From Chiloscyllium plagiosum (Eukaryota): a stretch of DNA of 20,000 nucleotides. The stretch's first letter is position 1, and every line of letters begins with the position of its first letter. The notes below the pieces were generated by a model, which saw nothing but the letters and a program-made list of their open reading frames with translations, had not been told where the DNA came from and searched no databases. Where the stretch lies: NCBI RefSeq assembly GCF_004010195.1, contig NC_057719.1:31648447-31668446 (forward strand). Reading direction: 5' to 3'. This document shows positions 1-10,454 of the stretch, one piece after another. The position numbers and the translations under genes were made by a program.

Positions 1-1202
1 CAGGAATAAAAGAATGACTAGAGTAAGATTAGGGCCAATCAAGGATAGTAGTGGGAAGTTGTGCGTGGAGTCAGAAGAGATAGGGTAAGCATGAAACTAA
101 TACTTTTCATCAGTATTCACACTAGAAAAAGACAATGTCGTTCAGGAAAATACTGAGATACAGGCTACTAGACTAGATGGGAGTGAGGTTCACAAGGAGA
201 GGGTGTTAGCAATTCTGGAAAGTGTAAAAATAGATGAGGCCCCGGGCCAGACGGGATTTATCCTAGGATTCTCTGGGAAACAAGGGAGGAGATTGCTGAG
301 CCTTTGGCTATGATCTTTATGTCGTCGTTGTCTAGAGGAATAGTACAAAAAGACTGAAGGATAGCAAATGTTGTCCCCTTGTTCAAGAAGGGGAGACAAC
401 CATGGTAATTATAGACCAGTGAGCCTTACTTCTGTTGGAATAGTGTTGGAAAGGGTTATAAGAGATAGGATTTATAATCATCTAGAAAGGAACAATTTGA
501 TTAGGGATAGTCAACACAGTTTTGTAAAGGATAGGTCGTGCCTCATAAACCTTACTGTGTTTTTTGAGAAGGTGACTAAACAGGTAGATGAGGGTAAAAT
601 GGTTCATGTGGTATATATGGATTTCAGTAAGGCGTTTGATAAGGTTCCCCACAGTAGGCTATTGCACAAAATACAGAGGCATGAGATTGAGGGTGATTTA
701 GTGGTTTGGATCAGAAATTGGCGAGATGAAAGAAGACAGAGTGGTGGTTGAAGGGAAATGTTCATCCTGGAGTTCAGTTACTAGTGGCATATTGCAAGGA
801 TCTGTTTTGGGTCCACTGATTGTCATTTTTATATATGACCTTGATGAGGGCATAAAAGGATGGGTTAGTAAACTTGCGGATGACACTAAGGTCGGTGTAG
901 AGTTGTGGATAGTGACAAAGGATGTTGCTGGTTACAGAGGGACATAGATAAAACAGTAACAGGAATAAAATGAGTACTGGGCGAATGGTAAGATACTTGG
1001 TAGTGTAGATGAGCAGAGAGATCTGTGTCCATGTACATAGATCCTTGGAAGTTGCCACCTAGGTTTATAGGGTTGTTCAGAAGGCATACAGTGTGTTAGC
1101 TTGTATTGTTAGAGGGATGGTGAGCTTCGGAACCATGAGGTCATGCTGCAGCTGTATAAAACTCTGGTGTGGCTGTGCTTGGAATGTTGCCTATAGTTCC
1201 AG
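1..1202 (+). mobile_element. CR1-clade (HER1-like) LINE, degraded ORF2 reverse transcriptase; left part of an element split by a nested insertion and continuing off the left edge
   Basis: Frameshifted RT motifs: NYRPVSLTS, DSQHSFVKDRSCLINL, YMDFSKAFDKVPH (368-751) and [12 protein letters not shown]...[10 protein letters not shown] (726-947). Ends in a degenerate LEYCVQFW-coding stretch at about 1180-1202. Confidence 0.93.
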
Positions 1203-3828
1203 GCAATAGACAATAGGTGCAGGAGTAGGCCATTTGGCCCTTCAAGCCAGCACCATCATTCATTATGATCATGGCTGATCATCAACAATCAGTATCCTGT
1301 TCCTGCCTTATTCCCATAACCCTTGGTTCCACTATCTTTAAGAGCTCTATCCATCTCTTTCTTGAAAGTACCCAGAGACTTGGCCTCCACTGGCAGAGCA
1401 TTCCATATATCCACCACTGTCTGGGTGAAGACGTTTCTCCGCAACTCTGTTCTAAATGGCCTACCCTTTATTTCTAAAATGTGTCCTCTGGTTTTGGAGT
1501 CACCCATCAGCAGAAACATGCTTCCTGCCTCCAGAGTGTCCAATCCTTTAATAACCTTATACGTCTCAATCAGATCCCCTCTCAACATTCTAAACTCAAC
1601 GGTATACAAGCCCAGTCGTTCCAATCTTTCAACATATGATAGTCTCACCATTCCAGGAATTGATCTCGTGAACCCACGCTGCACTCCCTCAATAGCCAGA
1701 ATATCCTTCCTCAAATTTGGAGACCAAAACTGCACACAATACTCCAGGTGCAGTCTCACCAGGGTCTTGTACAGCTGCAGAAGGACCTCTTTGCTCCTTT
1801 ACTCAATTCCTCGTGTTATGAAGGCCAGCATGCCATTACCTTTCTTCATTGCCTGCTGTACCTGCATGCTTGCTTTCATTGACTGAAATACAAGGACACC
1901 TAGATGTCGTTGTACTGCCCCTTTACTTAGCTTGACTCCTCTTAGATAGTAATCTGCCTTCCTGTTCGTGCCACCAAAGTGGATAACCACACATTTATCC
2001 ACATTAAAGTGCAGCTGCCATGCATCCATCCACTCACCTAGCCTGTCCAAATCACCCTATATTCTCATAACATCCTTCTCACATTTCACCCTGCCATCCA
2101 ACTTTGTGCCATCAGCAAATTTGCTAATGTTACTTTTAATGCCTTCACCTATATCATTAATGCAGATTGTAAACAGCTGTGGTCCCAGCAGCAAACCTTG
2201 TAGTACCCCACTGGTCACTGCTGGCCATTCCGTTTATCACTACTCCTTGCTTCCTGTCAGTCAATTTTCAATCCAAGTCAGTATTTTGTCCCCAATACCA
2301 TGTGCCCTAATTTTGCTTACTAATCTCCTATGTGGGACTTTATCAAAGGCTTTCTGAAAGTCCAGGTACACTACATCCACTGGCTCTCGCTTGTCTATCT
2401 TCATAGTTACATCCTCAAAAAATTCCAGATTAGTCAAGCATGATTTCCCCTTCATAAATCCATGCTGACTCTGACCTATCCTGTTACTGCTATCCAAATG
2501 AGTCATAAGTTCATCTTTTATAATTGACTCTAGCATCTTTACCACCACTGACGTCAGGCTAACCGGTCTTAATTCCCTGTTTTCTCTCTCCCTCCCTTCT
2601 TGGAAAGTGGGACAACATTAGCTACCCTCCAATCCGCAGGAACTGATCCTGAATCGATAGAACATTGGAAAATGATTACCAATGCGTCCACGATTTCTCG
2701 AGCCACCTCCTTAAATACCCTGGGATGCAGACAATCAGGTGCTGGGGACTTATCAGCCTTCAGACCTAACAGTCTATCCAACACCATTTCCTGCCTAATA
2801 TAAATTCCCTTCAGTTATTCCATTACCATAGGTCCGTCAGCTACTATTCCATCTGGGAGATTGCTTGTGTCTTCCCCAATGAAGACAGATCCAAAGTACC
2901 TATTCAACTCTTCTGCCATTTCCTTGCTCCCCATAATAAATTCACCCATTTCTGTCTTCAAGGGCCCAAATTTAGTCTTAACCATTTTTTTCTTTTCACA
3001 TCCTCAAAAAGCTTTTACTATCTTCTTTTATATCTTTGGCCAGTTTGCCTTCGTACCTCACTTTTTTCTCTACGCATTGCCTTAGTTATCCTCTGTTGCT
3101 TCAGTTTCCCAGTCCTCCAGCTTCCTGGTCATCTTTGCTATGTTATACTTCTCTTTTATCTTTATACAGACCATAACTTTCCTCGTCAGCCATTGGCCCC
3201 CCTGCCACACCTTAGGATCTTTCATCCTCTTTGGAATGAACAGATCCTGCACCTTCTGCATTGTATTCAGAAATACCTGTCATTATTCTTCCACTGCCAT
3301 CCCTGCTAGGGTATTGCACCATTGAACTTTGGCTAGCTCCTCCCTCATAGTTCCATAGTTCCCTATGTTCAACTGAAATACTGACATTTCAGATTCTCCC
3401 TATCAAATTGCAGATTAATATTTGTATTATGGTCACTACCTCCTAATGGCTCCTTTACTTTGAGGTCCCTCATCAAATCTGGTTTGTCGCACAACACCAA
3501 ATCCAGAATTGCCTTCTCCCTGGTAGAATCCATCTCGGAGGCACTCCACAAACTCCCTTTCTTGGGGTCTAGTACCACCCTGATTCTCCCAGTCTACCTG
3601 CATGTTGAAAACCCCCATAACAACCGTAGTAATACTTTTGCAACGGGCCAATTTCAATTCCTTGTTCAACTTACACCTTACATCCAGACTACTGTTTGGG
3701 GACCTGTAGATAACTCCCACTGGGTCCTTCTACCCTTAGAATTTCTAAGCTCTATTCATACTGACTCTACACCTTCTGATTCTATGTCCCCCCCTTGCAA
3801 GGGACTGAATATCATTCCTCACCAACAG
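1203..3828 (-). mobile_element. 5'-truncated CR1-clade LINE (partial APE endonuclease, RT, 3' UTR and tail) nested in the plus-strand CR1
   Basis: APE motifs GVIYRSPN...MGVFN and ILDLVL...GGSDHN (3369-3720). RT motifs DWRVANVVPL, QHGFMKGKSCLTNL, YLDFQKAFDKVPH (2261-2787). C-terminal HLEYCVQFWSP...LRGDLIETYK (1289-1759). Short CTATTG(T) repeat tail at about 1203-1216. Many stops and frameshifts. Confidence 0.95.
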
Positions 3829-4302
3829 TCACTTCATGTAGGAAGGATGTGGAAGCTTTGGAAAGAGTTCGGAGGAGATTTACTAGGATGTTGCCTGGTA
3901 TGGAGAGAAGGTCTTACGAGGAAAGGCTGAGAGACTTTGAGGCTGTTTTCGTTAAGAGAAGGTTAAGAGGCGACTTAATAGAGACATACAAGATAATCAG
4001 AGTTAGATAGGATGGACAATGAGAGCCTTTTTCCTTGAATGGCTGGCACGAGGGGACATACAGGGGTGATAGAAATAGGACAGATGTCAGGTGGTTTCTT
4101 TACTCAGTAGTAGGGGCATGGAATGTCCTGCCTGCAACAATAGTAGACTTGCCAACTTTAAGGGCATTTAAATAGTCATTGGATAGGCAAACGGACGAGA
4201 ATGGATTAGTGGAGGTTAGATAGGCTTCAGACTGGTTTCACAGGTTGATGTAACATCAAGGCCTGAAGGACCTGTACAGCACTGTAACGTTCTGTTCTCT
4301 AG
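3829..4302 (+). mobile_element. Right part (ORF2 C-terminus and 3' end) of the plus-strand CR1 LINE
   Basis: CRKDVEALERVRRRFTRMLPGM...SYEERL...RLRGDLIETYKI directly continues the motif interrupted at 1202. The 3' end reads ggcctgaaggacctgtac...tgttctct. Confidence 0.92.
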
Positions 4303-4522
4303 TTTATGGACTGACATTTACAATAAACTCTCAGACACTCATAACTACCTGGACCATACCTCCTCCCACCCCATGTCCTGCAAAAACTCCATCCTGTTTT
4401 CCCAACTCCTCTGTCTCCATTGCATCTGCTCTGATGAGGAGATATTCCACTCGCAAGCATCCCAGATGTCCACCTATTTTAAACAACATGCTTTTAACCC
4501 TGTCACTCAGGCAGCCCTCTAG
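4303..4522 (+). mobile_element. Penelope-like element, RT C-terminal fragment
   Basis: Hand translation from about 4310 gives TDIYNKLSDTHNYLDHTSSHPMSCKNSILFSQLLCLHCICSDEEIF, matching the PLE motif Y.KPTD...YL...S.HP...K.SIPFSQ.LRLRRICS. Confidence 0.85.
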
Positions 4523-4750
4523 TGGGAGAGGGGAAAGATATAAAAAGGGATCTAAGGGGCAACATTTTCACACAGAGGCTGGTGCATGTATGGAGTGAGC
4601 TGCCTGAGGAAATGGTGGAGGCTAATACAATCAGCATTGATAAGAGCCAAGTGCTGGCAAATGGGGCTAGATAAGGTTAGGATATCTGGGCAGCAAGGAC
4701 GAGTTGGACTGAAGGGCCTGTTTCTGTGTTGTGCACCTCTGTGACTCTAG
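4523..4750 (+). mobile_element. CR1 3'-end fragment inserted in the PLE
   Basis: Contains ggggcaacattttcacacagagg...gagctgcctgaggaaatggtggaggct and the 3' end ggactgaagggcctgtttctgtg. The hexamer ctctag occurs on both sides (4517-4522, 4745-4750). Confidence 0.85.
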
Positions 4751-5460
4751 ACCCCACCAAGAACATCTTCCCCTTCCCACCCCTCTCTGCCGTCCACAAG
4801 AACCCATTCAATTCAATCACTCCTTAGTACACACCACCAACCATCCCCCGAGTAGATGTTCACCTGCCTCTCCTCCAGCCTAGTTTATTACATTCGGTGC
4901 TCCTAAAGTAGCCTTCTCTATAAAAGGTGAGACCAAATATAAACTAAGGGAACGTTTTGCCAAGCCTCTCAGCCAGCCTGACCATCCATTTCAATCCCAC
5001 TGCCCACTCCCTGTCCAACATATTCACCTTCAGCCTCCTCCATTTCCACAGTGGATCAGACCACTATTCAGAGGAACACCACTTTATCTTCTGCCTGGGT
5101 AGCCTACAGCCCAGAGCTGTCAACATTAGAGTTCTCCAATTTCAAATAACCTTCCTATCCATCCCCACCTCCTCCCATTAACTCTTCTAGGTACCAAGCA
5201 GATTTACCCCTCCCATCAACCAACCAGGTCATAACCACCATCTGTATTCAATTATCACCACCTCATCATTCTGCCCCTTTCCCCGTAACCCTTCTCTTCC
5301 CCCTTCTTTATCTGCACCTCCCCCTAACCCCACCCCCATTCCTGAGGCAGGGTTATGCCCGAAATGTTGACTTCTCCACTTGCTAATGCTCCCTGGCTTG
5401 CTGTGTTCTTCCAGCCTCCGGTTTGTCAAATTTGGATTCCATCCGTTGTAGTATTTTTGT
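4751..5460 (+). mobile_element. Penelope-like element, degraded GIY-YIG endonuclease region and 3' pseudo-LTR
   Basis: Degenerate IFP.PPLSA, TC.SS.LVY.IRCS...GETK..L.ERFA and HFN...HS-like coding, then a pyrimidine-rich UTR. A decayed hammerhead-like motif, ctgaggca-ggg-ttatg-ccc-gaaatgttg, lies at 5342-5369. Confidence 0.8.
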
Positions 5461-5993
5461 CGCTAGGTATGTTGCACCTAGTTACTTCATCAAAGCACCA
5501 AACCAATAAATCATTTCGTACAGTTAGGAAACATAGGGACAAACCAACATTCCGCAGCAATTCAACTGTCTGAATGAGTCAACCCAACAACGTAAGAGAA
5601 TTTTTTCCAGGCAACTTAAGTCAACAGTCTGCAGGTCGCCCATCATAACCAGGCATTCATTTCAAAGAGTTCCCTCCATTTTCTCCGCCCACATTACTGA
5701 TTTTGACCAAATCGCCCAAACGTATTTGGGGTCACGGTTAGATAAGTAACTCTGGGCCGTCCACGTCTCGATAAAAAGGGAATGAATTAAACTTCTATTG
5801 CAATTTTCCCTATGTAGCTCCAATTTTGCTGTCATTGTATGGGAGTGAGCATACACAATACAGTCAGCGCGAACGACTCCTCCCCCACCATTTCCAAGCA
5901 CCGCGAACCCGTCCTTCCGTCCTCCCTTCCCTCTGCCTTCTGAACGGGTAACCTCGTCGATCTCCGACTCCAGAAACAAATCCGTTAACTTAC

Positions 5994-6023
5994 CCGCACT
6001 CCCGTGTCTCCCGCAACAACCAT
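5994..6023 (-). other. Candidate first exon (MVVAGDTGVR, phase 0) of a divergent minus-strand gene
   Basis: gaaATGG Kozak context at 6023 and a strong donor CGG|GTAAGT at 5994/5993. No downstream exon recognised in the window. Confidence 0.4.
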
Positions 6024-6189
6024 TTCAAACCGAAAAAATCGTTAGGAATGTTCGAATCCAAGGCATCGGCACTTGATTGGACCTTGGCTCTTCGGCCAGC
6101 CCAATGAACGCGTGGGACGTCACAAATAGACCATGTGCGTATGCGCTGAATGGCGCGCGGTTCCAGTGATGAGGTTCGCGCACGCGCAG

Positions 6190-6218
6190 AGTCGATCGTA
6201 TGATGGTAGAAACTTATG
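6190..6218 (+). other. Candidate first exon 3' end of the F-box gene (transcription start not determinable)
   Basis: Donor ATG|GTAGGT at 6218/6219, at the edge of the CpG-rich segment. Tandem ATGs at 6200 and 6203. Confidence 0.5.
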
Positions 6219-6253
6219 GTAGGTAGTAAATTTTCACAAACTGTCGGAAAATA

Positions 6254-6365
6254 TGATTTGGAGATGCTGGTGTTGGACTGGGATGTACAAAGTTAAAAAT
6301 CACACAACACCAGGTTATAGTCCAGCCTGGTGGACTTTCACTTGGTGTTGTGTGATTTTTAACTT
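6254..6365 (-). mobile_element. Tiny PLE-derived fold-back insertion with 12-bp TSD
   Basis: Direct repeat tgtcggaaaata at 6242-6253 and 6366-6377. Perfect 26-bp inverted repeat 6287-6312/6343-6368, extending imperfectly to 38 bp. The sequence resembles the terminus of shark Penelope elements (from recall). Confidence 0.8.
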
Positions 6366-6509
6366 TGTCGGAAAATAGCATTTGTACTCGTTTTAACGTT
6401 TTTACTGTGTTTATGGTTTTATAAGTTGGAGTTTAGGGTACAAAAACGGATATTACGCAAAAATCCCGCGTTTCAGACTAGGCCAGTTCTGGTAAAATGT
6501 TTTTGGGGG

Positions 6510-7090
6510 TGGACATAGATCAGAATGAAACCAGAGTAAGGGACTTCAGCTCTTGTGGAGAGACTGACGAAGTTGTGATTATTAAGAGTGTGCGGGAGAT
6601 GTATTCAAATCTTTTTCCCGACAGTTACTAGATTGATGAAGACACTCTCTAACTTCAAAAGACACTGATCTGTTAATGTTGATCTCGCGTAGCTCACTCC
6701 ATTTGCAATGTAATGTGAATGCCTCTAAAGTTTTTTTTCACAACCTTTGCTCTGAACATCCCTGCTTCATTCAGATCCCTCACCTGCCTGTACTGCTGGT
6801 AAACAAAGCTTTTCACTGTACTTTGTATATGTTACAATTAATCAAAATCAAATATCTTAAAAAGAAGAGGTGAGTATGTTGTAAAGGAATAGGTTATATG
6901 ACCTGGAATACACTTTGTAAGGGTGGTGCTAGATTCCAGGAAACTGCAAGGGGTTTGGGGATGGAGAAGAAGTGGTGCTGGAGGCAGGATTGAAAAAAGG
7001 AAGTAGGGAATTAAGGCTGTAGGTAAAAAAAGAAGAGGATTGGGACTATTTGGTTGAGTCCTAGCTCAGTCCTAATGGGTCAAAAGGTGG
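6510..7090 (+). mobile_element. Very old CR1 3' relic containing a LINE 3' end (Rex1/Babar-like) at about 6780-6855
   Basis: gggacttcag...tggagagactg and acctggaatacact...agggtggtg resemble the CR1 ORF2 end. aaacaaagcttttcactgtac...acaattaatcaaaatcaaa resembles a Rex-Babar 3' tail. Confidence 0.45.
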
Positions 7091-7234
7091 TTAGATGCAA
7101 AGTGTCTTTTGAAATTTGTGTGAAAGTGCATGAAATTTGCCTTTTAAAATGAATATGATTATTTTAGTTTCATGGATACTTTTTAAAGTTAAAAATTTGC
7201 AAAATTGTTGAAAATGATTCTTCATATTCTCTAG

Positions 7235-7475
7235 ATTCGACATTTGCAATACTTCTGGCTCGTCTCCAACATTACACTATCAATCTGACGATATCAAAAT
7301 CATGTTGTCTATGTCTCATCTTGAAGCAAATCCCATTCCCTTCCTGTTGGGGAAAATATTGGGTCTGGCATGAGTTAACCGCACATCAATTTATTTGGGG
7401 AGAATTTAAAAAACCTTTAAGATGATGTAAGCAACTACATTAGAAAGAAGTAGGGAATTTAATTAGCTTGATTAG
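7235..7475 (+). other. Candidate 5'-leader exon of the F-box gene
   Basis: Acceptor ttcttcatattctctag| at 7234/7235 and donor TAG|GTAAGA at 7475/7476. Apparently unique sequence between AT-rich flanks. Confidence 0.4.
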
Positions 7476-7867
7476 GTAAGATTCATTATATAACTCGTTT
7501 TGTTTATATTTTAAAATGATTGTCAGGTTAAAAATAATTAAAACACACGCAAGCAAGTTTGAAAAGCTGCTGAAATAGGAGATTGCCATACATGGTTATT
7601 GAGAGAGTAGATTAAGACCAGAAACTTTTGGCACTGCTACCATTTTTGATATATGGGAAATAAGTTATTTGTCTGAATCAGACTGTTTTGGAATTTGAAT
7701 ATGTATTGTCTATGTGACTTAGAATGTTAAAAATAAAAATCTGATAGTTTTTGCTGATGGGTAGTATACTACTTCAGAATCCTCTTCTGGATACATTCTC
7801 AAAATGTTGGTTTAATAAATGATTGTTAAACCTGTACCTGAGACTCATAAGATTATTTTGTAAATAG

Positions 7868-8178
7868 GTTGGCATGGTGGCTCAGTGGTTAGCACTGCTG
7901 CTTCACAGCACCAGGGTCCTAGGTTCAATTCCAGCCTTGGGTGCCTGTGTGGAGTTCGCACGTTCTCCCCGTGTCTGCGTGGGTTTCCTCCGGGTGCTCC
8001 GGTTTCCTCCCACAGTTCAAAGACCTGCAGGTCAGGTGAATTGGCCATGCTAAATTGCCCATCGTGTTAGGTGCATTAATCAGAGTGAAACTGGGTGGTT
8101 TACTCTTCAGAGGGTTGGTGTGGACTTGTTGGGCCGAAGGGCCTGTTTCCACACTGTAGGGAATCTAAACAATCTAAT
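7868..8178 (+). mobile_element. HE1-type tRNA-derived V-SINE
   Basis: A box tggctcagtgg and B box ggttcaattcc. V-core ttctccccgtgtctgcgtgggtttcctccgggtgctccggtttcctcccaca. CR1-like tail gggccgaagggcctgtttc and aatcta repeats. Confidence 0.95.
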
Positions 8179-8349
8179 TTAATACCTTTCTGTCTTTGCT
8201 GATCTGCACCAGCTACCAGTCAAGTAACATTATAATATTTAAATGTTAATTCTTATTGTCAAAGGTCTCTCTTCTGCCTAGTTCTGCAATTTCCACCAGG
8301 TCATGAGCTAACCATAAACTGTTTCTTTGGTCTTTTTGTGTATCTGCAT

Positions 8350-8868
8350 TTGCTCTGGATTCCCTGCCCACACCTTGTGGGCGGCACGGTGGCACAGTGG
8401 TTAGCACTGCTGCCTCACAGCGCCAGAGACCCGGGTTCAATTCCCGCCTCAGGCGACTGACTGTGTGGAGTTTGCACGTTCTCCCCGTGTCTGCGTGGGT
8501 TTCCTCCGGGTGCTCCGGTTTCCTCCCACAGTCCAAAGATGTGCAGGGTCAGGTGAATTGGCCATGCTAAATTGCCCGTAGTGTTAGGTAAGGGGAAAAT
8601 GTAGGGGTATGGGTGGGTTTCGCTTCGGCGGGTCGGTGTGGACTTGTTGGGCCGAAGGGCCTGTTTCTACACTGTAATCTAATCTAATCTAAAAATCTAA
8701 TCTAAACACCTCTTTAACTCCTTTTTTTGACCTTCAAGCACTCCCTAAAGTTTACTCATTGACCAAACTCTTAATCATTTTGACCTATTATCTAATTAAG
8801 TGGTGCAGGTCATACTTATAATGCTAGGGTGTTTCATGACATTAATGGCACTATACTAAATTGTTGAA
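8350..8868 (+). mobile_element. Old L2-type 3' UTR relic interrupted by the HE1 SINE
   Basis: ctctggattccctgccc...ttgaccaaactctt...gggtgtttcatgacattaatggcactata resembles the L2 3' terminus. Confidence 0.5.
8376..8705 (+). mobile_element. HE1-type V-SINE, young full-length copy
   Basis: CpGs retained, A and B boxes, V-core and (AATCT)n tail. TSD acacct at 8370-8375 and 8706-8711. Confidence 0.96.
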
Positions 8869-9204
8869 GTCATAGGCTTCAGTTTTGTTTTGCAAAACAT
8901 ATAAAAGATATATTGGAGGTTGAATATTGTCTTATTGTGAAATACAATTTTGTGGATACTGTGTATTTAGAAGTAAAATTGTATATATTTTCATTATGGT
9001 ACAATTGACTCATGAGTTGGTTTTGTGTGCACTTGTCAGTTTTTAAAATTATTTACATTATGTGGGCACCTTTCACGATCTCATGGTGACCAAAAGTACA
9101 ACACTTCTTTTTTGATCCAGCCTCTGGAACAATTGCAAATGTGGTAAACCATTCACATCCAGGGTCAAAAAGAGCAGTGAGATGAATAACCAAGTTATTA
9201 TAGT

Positions 9205-9340
9205 GGTATTGGTTGAGAGATAAATAATAGCCAGAGGGAACTGAGAGTGTTCTGTCAGTATTTTCATGGGATCTTTTGCATGAATCTATTCATAAAGAGT
9301 ATTTAAGATCTCACTTAAGAGCTCTAACAGTGCAACCGTT
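9205..9340 (-). mobile_element. Deu-SINE (SacSINE1/AmnSINE1-like) core relic
   Basis: ggttgagagataaataatagccag...catgggatcttttgcat...tttaagatctca...aacagtgca resembles the reverse-complemented Deu domain. Confidence 0.55.
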
Positions 9341-9775
9341 TGTCTGTTTATCACGTATAGCCAAATAGTGTTTAATTTTTATGGCTTTCAATTATGGGTT
9401 AGGTTGTGAAGTTAGCTGATGGAAAAATGAAATTTTGAGATGTGGTTCTGCAGTTACAGCAAATAAGTAAAGCAATGGTAGAAATGTCTTTACTGGGAAA
9501 GAGATGAAAATGTTTAAGTACATATCCATTGCTCCTTTTGTACCCTACTGTTGTCCCGAGACAAGAAAGTGGATTTGTATATGAGTTTTTAAAAAAGTTA
9601 GAATTCAGTGAATTTTTTTTTTCTTCTGAATCTAAATCTACATTGACAACTAATACAAAATATTTGAAGAGTCCTCGTCAAGTATTGTGATATTTTCTTG
9701 GTTTTCTTGTAGATGTTAATATGGAAAATATTGGTACAGAAGCAGTTAATTGGATGTATTAAGGAAGAATAGAAT

Positions 9776-10454
9776 ATGGAAAAACCTCATCACTGGTTAA
9801 ACCTACCTCAGGATATATTGTTGGAAGTATTTAGATATCTAACACCAGAAGGAAAAGCTAACGTCCGTGCAACCTGCAAGTACTTACAACAGTTAATTGA
9901 TCACCCTACTTTATGGACGAACGGTACAATTGTCCTGAAAAGTTTACCATGCTTTAACTCGTTCTTTTGGAGAACACTAAGAAAAAGGCGAATAAGATCT
10001 GTGGTGATTAAGGAAGCAACACAGAAGCAACGACAGAGGATGGTGAATTTACTACCTGACCTGACAGCTGTTACTATTGATATGAAAAAAAATTTGGAGA
10101 GTCTAAGCACTTTGAAATCACTTGCAAACTTACAGAAGTTACAACTGAGTAATAATTTAAAAGTGCTAGATCAAAAACTGCTAAGAGAAATTGCTTTCTT
10201 CAAACAACTGACTCATTTGGTTTTGTGCACTTCAGTATTTATCCAGGACAGTTCATTGCACCACCTTGCAGAATTATCAAAATTACAAGCATTGACACTT
10301 CACGCCAGACAGAAAAGCCCTTCTTTGATATCACTTCGCTATGTTTTGTTTCGATTGCCAAAACTGAGGGAACTGTCACTAAGTTCTGTGGAAAATTGGG
10401 AGAATTTATCATTATGTTTTACCTCACCAGAAATGATAACTCCTAAACTGACAG
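9776..10454 (+). CDS. F-box/LRR-repeat (FBXL-type) protein, first coding exon (whole exon 9713-10454)
   Basis: N-terminal F-box LPQDILLEVFRYL...ANVRATCKYLQQLIDHPTLW, followed by LRRs (LANLQKLQLSNN, LSKLQALTL, LPKLRELSLS). Acceptor ttttcttgtag| at 9712, in-frame TAG just upstream of the ATG, donor CAG|GTAAGT in phase 1. Confidence 0.93.

Larger units (their letters stand above)
5860..6220. promoter_or_regulatory. CpG-rich, probably bidirectional TATA-less promoter
   Basis: Sharp local CpG enrichment in otherwise CpG-poor DNA. ATTGG 6076-6080 and CCAAT 6101-6105 (opposed NF-Y boxes). GGACGTCA 6115-6122 (7/8 CRE). NRF1-like tgcgtatgcgc 6136-6146 and consensus CGCGCACGCGCA 6177-6188. Outward-facing splice donors on both sides. 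Confidence 0.8.

Noticed and set aside
1323..2357. Long plus-strand ORFs 1323-1886 and 1968-2357
   Set aside because: Antisense shadows of the minus-strand CR1 ORF2.
3460..3930. 156-aa ORF
   Set aside because: Chimeric reading across the nested CR1/CR1 junction, partly antisense to the endonuclease.
5342..5369. Hammerhead-like motif as an active ribozyme
   Set aside because: The core is mutated (CUGAGGC instead of CUGANGA; GAAAU).
5662..5979. 105-aa minus-strand ORF next to the promoter
   Set aside because: It has a non-ATG start, lies downstream of the strong donor at 5993 and shows no recognisable domain.
7845..8536. Repeated peptides CGRKPEHPEETHADTGRTC and tRNA-like A/B boxes
   Set aside because: These are translations of HE1 SINEs and their tRNA-derived heads, not genes or tRNAs.
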